From Marsupella aquatica (Eukaryota; Plantae; Marchantiophyta): 64,000 nucleotides of DNA. Shown one piece after another: positions 1-10,867 of the stretch. How positions within the stretch are numbered: the first letter of the stretch is position 1; every line of letters starts with the position of its first letter. The notes below the pieces were generated by a model that was given only the letters and a program-made list of their open reading frames with translations, did not search any database and was not told where the DNA came from. The stretch is taken from positions 20,860,260 to 20,924,259 of the forward strand of contig OZ316897.1 of assembly GCA_973895155.1 (NCBI GenBank), written 5' to 3'. The translations under genes were made by a program, and so were the position numbers.

Positions 1-1482
1 CTTCTCAGCCAACGGCCTCGGCGTTGGAGCTTCCTCGGGTGCCCTTACCTGCAGGGGAAGTACCGGGGCAAAAGTCTGACCTCTGGCATACCGGCACAAC
101 AGCGGCATGTGATAGCCAAGCCGCGACACGCTCCCCATGCCGATTACCTGCTGCTCCTCCTTTAAGATCATCTTCAATTGGTTGAGGAGGTACCCGTTGT
201 AGTCCCGGCTTGGGTCTGGCCTTTCTGCCAGATAGACCTGTGCCTTGCCGATCTCTGCCCTCGGCAAGTTACAATGCATGGTCACCCGCAAGAAGTCGAT
301 CATCTCTCCTATGTGCGGGTTGGTGCAGGTGTTCCGGAAGAAGCCATTCTTCGTTGATGGCCCGGGGAACGACCGGAACTCCTTGTCAGGCAGGGTCTTC
401 CTGGTATCAACTTTGGTCTTATTGCCTATCGGCAAGCCAAACACTTCGGCAATTACCTTGGGAGTAAGATAGAAATCCTTCCCATATATCCTCGTGCAAT
501 TGGTCTCGGGTTCCCATGACCCCACGAATTCTAATAGGTCTGACTCCGGTACCTCCGGCTTCAGCCATGGTAATCTTACAAAGGCCTCCAAGCCGGATCC
601 GGCCATGAAGCCTTGGTACTTCTTGGTCTGCATGGCCGTAAAGCATGCATCCTCCTCCCGTGCAAAATGTAGTTGCACCTCCACCGGTAGGGTTGCCGCC
701 CAGCCCTTCCAGGTGTCATCCCTGGTTGGAATGGCCTTGATGGGATCGACCTCCTCCTCTTCGGCTTCTCCCTGCCTCCTGCTCTGCTGCTCGGCTGGCC
801 TCTTTGGTGCCGCCGACCTCGTTCTTTTTGCCGGGGTGGCTTCATCGTTGACGGCCCCCTTCCTCTTCATCTCTGCTGCCGTGGAGGTTTCTCCTAGCAC
901 CGTTGCCTGGGTCCACCTTTCCGTGCTACCCTTTAATTCCCAGTGTATGTCGTTGCAGTTCTTGATGGCCTCTCGGATGCCGACGACGCTGTCTTTGCAA
1001 AACAGAAGATCGTCGAGTTGATTGGAAGTAGGCGTCCACAGGAACTCGTCCTTGATGAGTTCGCCTCCTAAGAAAGCCGTCTTCTGCAGCTCCCACAATC
1101 GAGCGAGCTCCTGCCGTTCTCGAGCTGCCCTTTCTGACTCCTCGTCCTCGTAAGTCTTGATGTACTCAGTTGCCCGTTCGAACAGGCATCCCCAGAAATG
1201 TGTCGCTTGATTGACGTTGCTCATACCCTCCTTAGGTCGATCGTCGGTATCTACTCTCTCCCCGAGTGCTTGCCTAAGCAGCTGACAGTAGTTGGTCTCC
1301 CGTAGTCGTCTGCCTAGTTCGTGCTCGCAAATGAGCCACCATCTCCTGCAAGCGCTCCTTACCCCTCTCCTCTGCCGGTCCTTCTTCCCGTTGATCCTTC
1401 CTAGCCGCCGACGCTTAACGCGCCCTAACCCTAATCGGGTTTTCATCCTCAGCCTTACCTCCGGCCTTGGCCCGGGTTCCAT
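1..1482 (-). CDS. N-terminal ~490 codons of the LTR-borne 1210-aa ORF, second copy (open to window edge)
   Basis: ATG at 1482 corresponds to ATG 8932. Differences seen are missense or silent; no stop noticed. Confidence 0.8.
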   Translation of the reverse strand, partial: MEPGPRPEVRLRMKTRLGLGRVKRRRLGRINGKKDRQRRGVRSACRRWWLICEHELGRRLRETNYCQLLRQALGERVDTDDRPKEGMSNVNQATHFWGCLFERATEYIKTYEDEESERAARERQELARLWELQKTAFLGGELIKDEFLWTPTSNQLDDLLFCKDSVVGIREAIKNCNDIHWELKGSTERWTQATVLGETSTAAEMKRKGAVNDEATPAKRTRSAAPKRPAEQQSRRQGEAEEEEVDPIKAIPTRDDTWKGWAATLPVEVQLHFAREEDACFTAMQTKKYQGFMAGSGLEAFVRLPWLKPEVPESDLLEFVGSWEPETNCTRIYGKDFYLTPKVIAEVFGLPIGNKTKVDTRKTLPDKEFRSFPGPSTKNGFFRNTCTNPHIGEMIDFLRVTMHCNLPRAEIGKAQVYLAERPDPSRDYNGYLLNQLKMILKEEQQVIGMGSVSRLGYHMPLLCRYARGQTFAPVLPLQVRAPEEAPTPRPLAEK

Positions 1483-1597
1483 GGTTGCCCCTAATTGTTT
1501 ATATTTTCCTTGTTTTGTCCCTATACTAAGGTGTTCCTAGGGTGCTTTCCTGCTTTACCCACTTAACCGGCCGAGTGATTCCTGTCTAGGCATCACA
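1..1597 (-). mobile_element. Partial second copy of the giant ORF-containing LTR (runs off the left edge)
   Basis: Near-identical to 7451-9047 (offset 7450, scattered substitutions, mostly transitions). Identity stops exactly at the same ...GGCATCACA terminus. Confidence 0.9.
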
Positions 1598-2231
1598 GCC
1601 CTTCCTCGCTGAGATATAGCTCGATGATGTAGTCTTGCAGCTCATTGTAGCTGGAATCTCTGGTGATGGCTGTCTTCTCGCAATTAACCTCTGCTACCTT
1701 GGCCACCAGCTTCGCGTATCTTCGTTCATAAGCGGCTTTCTTGGGACAAGAGTACCAATAAGTCTTGGAGAACTTAGCACCTACCTTGCCAATCAAGGTC
1801 CAAAATCCCAAGGCTGTAAGGGTCATACTAACCTTTGTAGTCTGGTTTGTCGAGTCCACGTTCCCGCTGTTCGGTCTGCTTACTGGTGGAGGCCTTCTTT
1901 GTCCTAACTAAATCTCGCCACAACCCGCTCTTATCTCTCAATAATCTCCTTGTAAAGGTCAGCTTGATGTGAGCAAAAAGGCGAGTGAATGGCAGCGTCC
2001 GCAAATTCCAAAAGGTAGAAATGAGCAAATGGCTCGCTTGGCCATTGGCTCCTCTCTTATGGAGGTGCCAGGGTGAGCCTGAGCGTGAGAAGGCCAGGCC
2101 GTTTTGATCGTTAATAATGAGCTGAAGTCGGCGCCCCAGTCCAAGCGTGATGCTCCTAACAGATTTTTACTCCGCCGCCGCCACCGTACCTCGGTCACGC
2201 ATAATAATCCTCCTCCTGAATTCGTAATCAT
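1593..2231 (-). pseudogene. Frameshifted homolog of the N-terminal domain of the giant-LTR ORF
   Basis: FW-x11-KTY-x7-AAxER and SYNELQD in ORF 1593..1859 match FW-x11-KTY-x7-AARER and TSNQLDD in ORF 5300..8932. Upstream part lies in other frames. Confidence 0.6.
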
Positions 2232-2378
2232 TCGGTCAACTTAACCTACTCCTAATCTATTCATAATGGCAATAGACGGCTATACGTGCTATTCTACGCT
2301 ACAGCTACAGTCCTAATGACCGTATAAGACCTAATCTACGACCTGGGCTCTGTTAAGTGACCCGTTACCCATGTCACA
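1598..2378 (-). mobile_element. Terminal fragment of a related LTR family (minus-strand start TGTGACAT), apparently interrupted by the 1-1597 copy
   Basis: Ends ...ATGTCACA at 2378, resembling ...CATCACA of the giant LTR. Contains a degenerate ORF homologous to the N-terminus of the 1210-aa ORF. Confidence 0.6.
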
Positions 2379-4378
2379 GGGTAGCAGGAGAATTATGGGC
2401 GGTGCTAGATAGGGAAGAAAGATTTCTGGTATGAGCTAAGCCTGTATTGACAGGCCGTAAGCTGAATTGCACACTGCATAATAGACGGCGAGCGGCAGCA
2501 TTGCGCATTACTACCTTGAATTGGGAAGACCTCTGAGTGGCGATACAAAGGTCAGTGCGCTACAGCATTCTGCCCAACAGTTGACAATCGGAGGGATTAC
2601 ACAAGGTGAGCATTGGACTGCGGGGCCTGCCATCGACTGATCGCTGGGAGGTTGAGGTCTGAGCTACTGGCTAGGTCTAGATTGTGCTTGGCCCCGTTAA
2701 GCTTTGGGGCCTCCGAACATTCACAGGTGAACTCTGATGTGATGGTCTAAGTTGGAAGCGCAAATCGTTTATTAGCTACCTCGGATGTAAACTGGAGGCT
2801 TACAGAATTGTGGAGCATTTTGTGGGGTACTACACCAGGATCACAGGGGAGTACGCTCTGTGCCCCACTGGGATCGTGGTGGAGCACTCCATCTTTGTCC
2901 TAGATGGTTCAAGATAATTTCTACAAGGCGAAGCGAGATGGTACGGTGACACTCTGAAGTGGAATTTGCCATGCTCCCATTGACTGTCTCTTGAGGGAGT
3001 AGTATTGGAAGGCTTGAATCTGCTGCTGCCGGTTACTTGGGACTTCTTTTGACGATACGATGCTGGATGCGAGGCCGCTACGGTGCAACTAGCTGAAGGT
3101 GCATTGGACTCCTCTGCTAGCTAAATGCCTGCACGATCAAGCCTTGCTGAACGCCGGATGAACTCCAACCCTTTGCTCAAAGATTATTGAGGTGGGGGCC
3201 TGGGGAACCTCGAATTATCTAGCTAGGATAAGATTGAACTGCAATGACATTAAGTATTTGCAACAATACTTATCAACGCACTTGGATAAGGAGCAATACG
3301 TGCCCAAGGTCGGCTGTGTTCGAAGAAGGGCTGGATAGACACACTTGAACAACACTCACACAACAATCCAAACAAGGTGAGACCGAGATCCAAGCTCACA
3401 TTCTTTTGCATTGCTGCTCTTTGCTTCGGGTGGACTCACCATGGAGTATGGCAGAACGGGTGGATGGGAGGGTGAGAATTCCTCTCGTGCTGCTGGCTAT
3501 CATGGGGCTCGACCTTATCAGGAGTTCCAATGGCAGGATTTCTATGGACATGAGCAATTCAGCAGACAGGATTCTCGGAGTTTGCCACTTCGCAGAGGTG
3601 GACGTGGACCTTTCTTCGCTAGGTCGGGGCGCCCTCCGTTCGTTGCTCAGCCAACTTACGATCTCTTTGCGGATCAGTCAGGAGGATACAACTCCACCAA
3701 GGATCTGTAGCGTGCACACCCTGCGGAGGAAATTGAGAACAAGGAAAATGCACAGCCAACCACGTCTAGCACCCCCAGGGATGTTGAAATGCCTCATGCT
3801 CCCCAAAGGACTCCGGTGGCACAGGACACAATGCTTGGCCGTACTCCGACTCATGTTTAGGAGAAGTCTGCCACTTGGAAGAATGCTGCTTTCGGATCAG
3901 GGATAGAACCGGCTGTTGTTATCGAGGATTGCATTAACATACTAAAAGAGATTGGAGAAGTCACAAAGGGTGACTGGCACCAGAAACTCTTTACTACAGT
4001 GGAATGGCCATTGGAAGAAGCAGCCAACAATGTTCGACAATTGTACAATTGTGCTCTACTTTGTTATTTCATTGATAGACCTCCGATGCTTCCCACTTTT
4101 CGAGCTTGGATAGATGAGCAAATGGTATGTGGGCGAGGCTGGCCAGTGCTGCAGGTCAAATTCGTTGGTAAGAACTTTTACCTGGTAGTCTTTGCAAGTG
4201 CTGATCATCGGGATCTTGCTCTGTCTGCTGCTCCATGGTTCATTGAACGCAAACTAATCTTTACATTCCCATGGGACCCCACATTTGATATTTGAATAGA
4301 GAAATATACCAAACTACCAGTCTGGATTGAGCTTCCTTTTCGGGCACTCGTGTTGGAAGGGTGCCGGATTAAGATCGC
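2379..4378 (+). mobile_element. L1-clade LINE 1, probable 5' UTR and first half of ORF1
   Basis: 3999..4378 is highly similar to ORF1 at 52137+ (NVRQLYNCALLCYF..WPVLQVKFVGKNFY..APWF..FPWDPTFDI). Assignment of 2379-3440 as UTR is inferred. Confidence 0.75.
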
Positions 4379-7300
4379 TGTGGTGCGTCCCATGGCTCCC
4401 TAAACCCAAGAAACCCCCCAGCTCAAGCCGATTCCCGCAGGTTTCGTGCTTGGCGAGGCCGTTTCCGCGGCTTAGCGGCATGGGACGCTGCTAACCTTCT
4501 ACTACTACTATTAACATTTTACACACATATACTGGACAGATCCTTCATCGGGTCATGAGATACGTAGCCGGCCTAATATAGGCCTTCCCCTGTCTTCCCT
4601 TGTCTTCCCCTCCGTCTTGTTAGGTATGTTTGGATTCCGCCGCCGGAATGATCCCCAATAGGCTTGGTTAAGCCGCTAAGACCTCTCTTAGCTCGACACA
4701 TCCAACTCTCACTCCCCTGCTTACTTTCCTTCCTTCTGTTGATGTGGGCACTCTTCACACAAGTTAATGCGACACACAAATAGCAAAATGACTCATTCTG
4801 ACTGAGTCATACCATGCACTTGCCATACAAACAGTACATCTCATACACAAGTTCTGCGAACTAAGCCGTGAGGCCAACTCTATTCAGCTCTTAGGTATGA
4901 GGAAACATGAATATACACAAGGGTCACTGTATGACTAACCGAGAGCTTCTCGTACTACTTGATCCCAGCCCGGCTGGTGCAAACTAAAAACTTGCTAAAG
5001 AAGAGGCCCTGAGCTCCCCGCTGCCCAGGTACTTATCCTGGTAGTGGATCCGCCATTCTTTGCATCGTAAGCCTAATCTACTTAACAGTAATCTACTTGC
5101 CCGAATCTACCTACGTACAGCAAGGCAGGAGCACAAGTGTTGCTCCTACCAGTGGGACCGCAATCCCACTAAGCTAAGTGTCAGGGCCGCTCCTGGTTCT
5201 GATCCTAATCCTAAACGTGGAGATCCGCGCCCGCCCTGCCCACTCACGCCTCCTCCCTCCACGTCCGCCCTCCCTAAAAGGAACGGCGCCCTTGCACCGT
5301 CACGACACCGGTGGTGGATCCTTAATGGACGCCCCCAACGCTTCCTCCTCAGCCACTGCCGTAGGCTCATTCCCTGACAGATTACCTGCCCTTGACTGAG
5401 TCAACTCTCCATCGGCCTGACTGGGTCCACCATCGGCGTCGGCATCGGCTCGAGAATCGGTTACGGCCTCAGCCTCGGCTACGGTCTCCCCGGCCTGCAT
5501 AAGAGGCGGATCTGGAATACTGGCCTCCTTACTGAGTAGTTCGGCTTGGGCCGCACCATCCCTACCTGTGATCATAGCGGGATCTATTGCCGTATTCATG
5601 TCGGAGGATGGTGCTGGTTCTACTTCTTTGGTCACCACGGCTTGTGGAGTCGGATTACTCCTTGACCCTGAAGGTTTCCGCTTTTTCTTCTTTTCTGGTT
5701 CGGCAGCTGGTCCCTTCCCCTTCCCACTTACCTCCGGCACTGGTGCAGTTGGCGCGGCTTTTTCTTCGGCCAGTACCACTCCCGGTAACTTGGTTGCCCC
5801 AATTGGAGTTGGGCCTGATGAAGACAAGCACCTAAATACTGCGGCTTGTTTCTTCAGCCGCTCCGTTTGGTTGTCGGCCCCCCGCTGGAGGTTCTCCATC
5901 TTCCTCGTGATTTCCTCCAACTCCTCCTGGGTCTCATCCAGGTCCTTGCGTGCCTCCTCTAGTTCCTTCTGGGCTTCCTCCCGTTCTTGTTTCAAGGTAG
6001 TCCTCTCCTCCTGGGTTGCTTTTAGCTCCTTGTCGAGCTCTGCAATGATGACAGACTCCATCTGGTTCATCTTGGCGTAAGTCTGTTCGAGCATCTCGTC
6101 CTTCTCCCTTAGGTCGGCCTTGAAGCTGGCCGTCAGGGACGCAAGCTCCTGCTGCAGCGCCATAATCCCTTGATAGGATTTCCCTAACTCGGCCTCCTTC
6201 TGCTCAAGGGCTCCGCGGATTTTCTCGAGCTCCCCTTTCAACGCCCATTCCTTTCTTTGGGTCTCCGCCATGGCCCGGCTGTTGGCTGTTATGTGGGCCT
6301 CCTCTGTATTCTTCAGCTCTTGCTTCCACTTCTCCCTCTCTTTGATCGTGTCGGCCAACTCTTCCTGCGTCTGAGTCAGTTTATCCTTGATATTCTGATT
6401 ATCAGCCTGCGCGGTGTCCAACTGCCCCTGCATGATGTTCAGCTCATGTCGTTTAATCCGTAGTTCATCTTGGGCTTTCTTGGCCGCCCCTAGATCTTCA
6501 ATCTCGGCTTCCATCCTCCTAAGCCGCCGAATGACCTCGTCCTTCTTGCTTCTCTCTAAAGCCACCGCTTCTTCTAATTGGTGCTTCTCCAACTGCTCCC
6601 TATGGAAAAAGGGTCCTACCTCCAACTCCTCTCCAAAGATGCCGAGCGCAAGTTCCCCACACATCTCACCATACTCCATGGCTCTATTCTTAGCGTAGGT
6701 GGAGTAAGTAGAAGTGATCGGCATCGCCCATCGCGGCCTCTGCTCCCAAGCCGTCCTGCGGATCTCTTCAATCGTGGCTAGAGGTTTGCTTCCTTTTTTG
6801 GCTAGCCGCCTGATGTCCTCCGGCCAATCTCCTCCTGGTAAATCCTTTTCCTTAGCCAGGGCGGCCTCCTCCTCCTGCTTGATTCGCTCCTGAAATTCCT
6901 GCACCGTCTGTTTTATGCCGTCGAAGCTCGGGGGAGCAACATCTGGTGGGGGAGACTCAGGGCTACTCTGCTGGTTGGGGTCCCCTCGCACTACCCTTGG
7001 AAGTGTGGGGACAAACCGGCCACAGGTCCTTACTCCTGGAACGTGATGGTCCAACCCATAGCCGGAATTATCATGGCTGCAGTCCTCCACTGCCTCCTCT
7101 ACCTCTTGGACGTCCGGCTTCTCCCTCTCCTCTTCGTCGGTAGGAGCTTCAGGCAATTCTACCTCAGATTCGGAGCTTGAGGTTCCCACGTACATTCGAA
7201 CACCTGGCTTGGATTCCGGCCTGATTCTCTCCTTGTCTCCAGCAAAGGGGTTTTCTCTTGTGAGCCGGTGTAGGCCTACCTCTGTAGTAGTGTCCTGCAT

Positions 7301-9047
7301 TGTTGCCGTTGCCGTTGTTGTTGCCGATGCCAATTTCTTTTCTTTCTCCAGTAGTTTCAGCAGACTCTGCATGCCTGGTTGCTGCATCGGCAAGTCCTCC
7401 TTCCTGGGCCTAAACACCTGCTCGATAGTAGGACTAACAGGTGGTTGAGGCTTCTCAGCCAACGGCCTCGGCGTTGGAGCTTCCTCGGGTGCCCTTACTT
7501 GCAGGGGAAGTACCGGGGCAAAAGTCTGACCTCTGGCATACCGGCACAACAGCGGCATGTGATAGCCCAGCCGCGACACGCTCCCCATGCCGATTACCTG
7601 CTGCTCCTCCTTTAAGATCTTCTTCAATTGGTTGAGGAGGTATCCGTTGTAGTCCCGGCTTGGGTCTGGCCTTTCTGCCAGATAGACCTGTGCCTTGCCG
7701 ATCTCTGCCCTCGGCAAGTTACAATGCATGGTCACCCGCAAGAAGTCGATCATCTCTCCTATGTGCAGGTTGGTGCAGGTGTTCCGGAAGAAGCCATTCT
7801 TCGTTGATGGCCCGGGGAACGACCGGAACTCCTTGTCAGGCAAGGTCTTCCTGGTATCAACTTTGGTCTTATTGCCTATCGGCAGGCCAAACACTTCGGC
7901 AATTACCTTGGGAGTAAGATAGAAATCCTTCCCATATATCCTCGTGCAATTGGTCTCGGGTTCCCATGACCCCACGAATTCTAATAGGTCTGACTCCGGT
8001 ACCTCCGGCTTCAGCCATGGTAATCTTACAAAGGCCTCCAAGCCGGATCCGGCCATGAAGCCTTGGTACTTCTTGGTCTGCATGGCCGTAAAGCATGCAT
8101 CCTCCTCCCGTGCAAAATGTAGTTGCACCTCCACCGGTAGGGTTGCCGCCCAGCCCTTCCAGGTGTCATCCCTGGTTGGAATGGCCTTGATGGGATCGAC
8201 CTCCTCCTCTTCGGCTTCTCCCTGCCTCCTGCTCTGCTGCTCGGCTGGCTTCTTTGGTGCCGCCGACCTCGTTCTTTTTGCCGGGGTGGCTTCATCGTTG
8301 ACGGCTCCCTTCCTCTTCATCTCTGCTGCCGTGGAGGTTTCTCCTAGCACCGTTGCCTGGGTCCACCTTTCCGTGCTACCCTTTAATTCCCAGTGTATGT
8401 CGTTGCAGTTCTTGATGGCCTCTCGGATGCCGACGACGCTGTCTTTGCAAAACAGAAGATCGTCGAGTTGATTGGAAGTAGGCGTCCACAGGAACTCGTC
8501 CTTGATGAGTTTGCCTCCTAAGAAAGCCGTCTTCTGCAGCTCCCACAATCGAGCGAGCTCCTGCCGTTCTCGAGCTGCCCTTTCTGACTCCTCGTCCTCG
8601 TAAGTCTTGATGTACTCAGTTGCCCGTTCGAACAGGCATCCCCAGAAATGTGCCGCTTGATTGACGTTGCTCATACCCTCCTTAGGTCGATCGTCGGTAT
8701 CTACTCTCTCCCCGAGTGCTTGCCTAAGCAGCTGACAGTAGTTGGCCTCCCGTAGTCGTCTGCCTAGTTCGTGCTCGCAAATGAGCCACCATCTCCTGCA
8801 AGCGCTCCTTACCCCTCTCCTCCGCCGGTCCTTCTTCCCGTTGATCCTTCCTAGCCGCCGACGCTTAATGCGCCCTAACCCTAATCGGGTTTTCACCCTC
8901 AGCCTTACCTCCGGCCTCGGCCCGGGTTCCATGGTTGCCCCTAATTGTTTATATTTTCCTTGTTTTGTCCCTATACTAAGGTGTTCCTAGGGTGCCTTCC
9001 TGCTTTACCCACTTAACCGGCCGAGTGATTCCTGTCTAGGCATCACA
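4379..9047 (-). mobile_element. 4,669-bp solo LTR (or LTR-derived non-autonomous unit) containing a long ORF
   Basis: TG...CA termini with imperfect inverted repeats (TGTGGTGC / GCATCACA). 5-bp TSD ATCGC at 4374-4378 and 9048-9052. No internal direct repeats and no gag/pol. TATA-like CTATATTAGG on minus near 4575. Confidence 0.9.
5300..8932 (-). CDS. 1210-aa retrotransposon accessory protein: Arg-rich N-terminus, putative plant-mobile-domain-like fold (~aa 280-470), acidic disordered region, long coiled coil, C-terminal KKKKRK
   Basis: Uninterrupted ORF. Segment GLEAFVRLPW...LTPKVIAEVFGLP...KNGF...DYNGYLL aligns by eye with the extra ORFs at 30031-30558 and 43623+. Domain name is inference. 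Confidence 0.8.
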   Translation of the reverse strand: MEPGPRPEVRLRVKTRLGLGRIKRRRLGRINGKKDRRRRGVRSACRRWWLICEHELGRRLREANYCQLLRQALGERVDTDDRPKEGMSNVNQAAHFWGCLFERATEYIKTYEDEESERAARERQELARLWELQKTAFLGGKLIKDEFLWTPTSNQLDDLLFCKDSVVGIREAIKNCNDIHWELKGSTERWTQATVLGETSTAAEMKRKGAVNDEATPAKRTRSAAPKKPAEQQSRRQGEAEEEEVDPIKAIPTRDDTWKGWAATLPVEVQLHFAREEDACFTAMQTKKYQGFMAGSGLEAFVRLPWLKPEVPESDLLEFVGSWEPETNCTRIYGKDFYLTPKVIAEVFGLPIGNKTKVDTRKTLPDKEFRSFPGPSTKNGFFRNTCTNLHIGEMIDFLRVTMHCNLPRAEIGKAQVYLAERPDPSRDYNGYLLNQLKKILKEEQQVIGMGSVSRLGYHMPLLCRYARGQTFAPVLPLQVRAPEEAPTPRPLAEKPQPPVSPTIEQVFRPRKEDLPMQQPGMQSLLKLLEKEKKLASATTTATATMQDTTTEVGLHRLTRENPFAGDKERIRPESKPGVRMYVGTSSSESEVELPEAPTDEEEREKPDVQEVEEAVEDCSHDNSGYGLDHHVPGVRTCGRFVPTLPRVVRGDPNQQSSPESPPPDVAPPSFDGIKQTVQEFQERIKQEEEAALAKEKDLPGGDWPEDIRRLAKKGSKPLATIEEIRRTAWEQRPRWAMPITSTYSTYAKNRAMEYGEMCGELALGIFGEELEVGPFFHREQLEKHQLEEAVALERSKKDEVIRRLRRMEAEIEDLGAAKKAQDELRIKRHELNIMQGQLDTAQADNQNIKDKLTQTQEELADTIKEREKWKQELKNTEEAHITANSRAMAETQRKEWALKGELEKIRGALEQKEAELGKSYQGIMALQQELASLTASFKADLREKDEMLEQTYAKMNQMESVIIAELDKELKATQEERTTLKQEREEAQKELEEARKDLDETQEELEEITRKMENLQRGADNQTERLKKQAAVFRCLSSSGPTPIGATKLPGVVLAEEKAAPTAPVPEVSGKGKGPAAEPEKKKKRKPSGSRSNPTPQAVVTKEVEPAPSSDMNTAIDPAMITGRDGAAQAELLSKEASIPDPPLMQAGETVAEAEAVTDSRADADADGGPSQADGELTQSRAGNLSGNEPTAVAEEEALGASIKDPPPVS

Positions 9048-10216
9048 ATCGCGGAATCACTGGGCAAGCTGTTGCACTACATCCAGGGGGATGAATACAG
9101 CTCATACCCGCATGACAGAGCTTGTATCCTTTGGGATACGGAACGAGAGGTTCCTTTCAGCGCTCGTGTGAGGATCCGAGAGGATACTATCATCTGGCAA
9201 CCTATTCAATTCAAGAATATACCATTTCACTGCTTTAAATGTAATAAGAAGGGACACTTAGCTAGCGAATGCAGAGATGGCTTTGAAGAGGCGGCCAACA
9301 CGTCTATTGAGCACATTGAAGGGGAGGAGGACGCTCACACACCTGAGGAACTTGATGGGGTGGCTGAAGGGGACCCCGATGAGGTACTGAGGACACAATT
9401 GGCCTCGAATCTGCGTGCCATGGGCATAGACAAGCATTTGCCTCGCGCTGGTGGCCCATCGGTGGCAACTGACCTCAACACGGTGGAGTCCTTATTGGAA
9501 CACATTGAGGATGTGCTTGAAGTGATACCGATTCTGACTAGTGGCATTCCACGGGAACGTGTGGCTCTTGCGGGAGGAATTTCCATCCCTCAGAAAGCTT
9601 TGATCACCCTGCCCACTAAAGAACAAGGGAACCTGATATCCTCGCCTGCCCCGACAGTTACTAAGCTTTTGGCCGATGCAAGTATCTTTGTTCCGTCTGG
9701 AGATGTCAGCTCGCCTCTGATAGCACCTGGAACCTTGGTTGTGCACTCACAGAATGTAGACCCCGAGGCGTTTTCATATCACGGAGATTCTAATGTGGAC
9801 TTAGAGATGTCCGAATACGAGGAGTATGTCTCTGGTAAAGGGAAAGAGAGAGTTCGGAAGCTGGATACTCTGACGCCGCCTCTTGCAAAGAAGGACAGGA
9901 GCACTCAGGACTCTAAAAAGCAACGTTCCTTACATTTCTCACCCACAATTGTGTTGGATGCAGGGACAGGAATGGATGGAGAGGATAGCAGAATGGAGGC
10001 TGAGCAGTCCCCTGGATGGAGGGCCGTCCCCTCTGGTGGCCAGCTCCCACTCTTGACAGGCCTGAATGATACAATGATGGAGGATACTATTGTGGATACT
10101 CTACGTCACCGTCAAGGCCTTATCACTGCAAGGGATGGCAATGGCTCCTCCCTGGGTGGACGTGCACGCATTTGAGGATTGGCACTCTGCTCTGGTAGCG
10201 GAAAGGGGGTCAAAGT

Positions 10217-10810
10217 ATGACATGCCTGCTTCAAATTGCTTCCTGGAATGTATGCAGATTGTGTGAACCTAATAGGAAAATGGTAGTCAGGAACTGGATT
10301 GAATCCTGTAGAGAGAAGATAGATATTCTGGCGTTACAAGAAATAAAAGCAGATCAATTTCGGCTGGATATTGCTCTAAGGGCTATACTTCCGCTATATC
10401 AGCACCTCACTTCTGCATCAGATGAGGGTCAAGGGGTCTGCTATGCTGATTCACCCTGATCTGAAGATATTGGCAACGGGCGTGATTGACCTGGGAAGGG
10501 CGTATGGGCCGTGATAGAATCGGAAGGAGGCAAATTTGGAATGGTTAGCATCTATGCTCTGAACTCGCCTCGACTACGGGCTTGCTTATGGCATGAGCTC
10601 AAATCACTCCTTCCTCAAGGCAATTGGATTCTTGGTGGGGATTTTAACATGACAAAACTTAGAGAAGATTCGAGTGGGCTATCACCTTTGCTTAAGGGTC
10701 GGGAAGCCAAGTTTTGGCGTTTTTTGAAAGTCCGGTTGGATCTGGCGGATGCACTGCTGGTTAATGAGGTTACTGGCTCCCGTTTTACCTGGCGCAGATG
10801 CAGAAACGAG
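10217..10810 (+). pseudogene. LINE 1 ORF2 AP-endonuclease domain (frameshifted, truncated)
   Basis: IASWNV, ILALQE, SIYA, WILGGDFN and FTW motifs; collinear with ORF2 at 53989+. Confidence 0.9.
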
Positions 10811-10867
10811 GGTTTTACCTGGCGTAGATGCAGAAACAAGGGTTTTACCTGGCGCAGATGCAGAAAC
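10782..10867 (+). repeat. About 3 copies of a 30-bp tandem unit at the LINE/gypsy deletion junction
   Basis: GTTTTACCTGGCGYAGATGCAGAAAC repeated at 30-bp period (FTWRRCRNEG-like x3). Confidence 0.95.

Larger units (their letters stand above)
3441..10175 (+). pseudogene. LINE ORF1 (DUF4283-like domain plus CX2CX4HX4C knuckle), with stops and split by the solo LTR at 4379-9047
   Basis: Removing 4379-9047 and one ATCGC rejoins ..EGCRIKIA|ESLGKLLHYIQGD.., collinear with EGCRRKIASALGTLLYYIQGD of ORF 52137. Knuckle CFKCNKKGHLASEC. Confidence 0.85.

Noticed and set aside
210-1540. Many short plus-strand ORFs here and opposite other long ORFs
   Set aside because: Antisense or alternative-frame shadows of real TE ORFs with no recognisable motifs.
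1-9047. 7.45-kb tandem duplication, or one element with LTRs at <1-1597 and 4379-9047
   Set aside because: The second copy has its own TSD inside LINE ORF1, and the intervening DNA is mostly LINE sequence, not gag-pol.
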